A stretch of DNA of 48,399 nt from an uncultured cyanobacterium (GTDB lineage: Bacteria > Cyanobacteriota > Cyanobacteriia > CAKZMO01): positions 1 through 48,399 of the forward strand of contig CAKZMO010000729.1 in NCBI GenBank assembly GCA_937128595.1. Reading direction: 5' to 3'. Position numbers and translations under genes: made by a program. The notes beneath the pieces were generated by a model. It made no database searches and was not told the origin of the DNA. It saw only the letters and a program-made list of their open reading frames with translations. Shown in pieces: positions 48,323 to 48,399 of this stretch (positions are counted from its first letter, which is position 1; each line of letters opens with the position of its first letter).

Positions 48323-48399
48323 GAAAGCACTACGCGCTGAAGTCAAACCAATAGTTTATGGAGAAGCCGCGCACCGCGCGGCTTCTCCATAAATATCTG
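48323..48399. mobile_element. Hairpin-carrying miniature element (family A), copy 3, cut by window end
   Basis: CTACGCGCTGA..AAACCAATAGTT then 18-bp perfect stem 48355-48372/48376-48393, followed by TATCTG as in copy 1. Confidence 0.88.

Overview
Chromosomal segment of a cyanobacterium, probably a filamentous Leptolyngbya-like lineage (inferred from very frequent HIP1 octamers GCGATCGC, psaE, ndhCKJ and heptamer STRR-like repeats). It is mostly housekeeping and signalling genes: a BMP-type ABC transporter with a stand-alone allophanate-hydrolase C-terminal domain, amiC, a YcjF GTPase, a GAF/class III cyclase plus response regulator, a GT2-GT-C fusion, an M23 peptidase, a ComFB-domain protein, a SLOG protein, a very long pentapeptide-repeat protein, a GyrA/ParC paralog, ftsY, two STAS proteins, radC, Mini-III, rlmB, psaE, mutM, coaX, leuB, ndhCKJ and folC. 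I found no rRNA, tRNA, CRISPR array, integrase or transposase. The strongest unexplained structure is non-coding. A ~104-bp hairpin-carrying miniature element occurs three times with compensatory stem changes. One copy is interrupted by a second 111-bp element with an 8-bp target duplication and an internal GTAG-REP hairpin. A nest of such elements sits where the 5' half of dedA is missing. Other leads are an ATT-initiated STAS gene, a signal-peptide-less orphan solute-binding protein divergent from a 2OG/Fe dioxygenase across a perfect 20-bp palindrome and an NtcA-like promoter, a candidate ~180-nt sRNA, and a small uncharacterised islet at 18.6-21 kb. All family assignments come from motif recognition, not from database searches.
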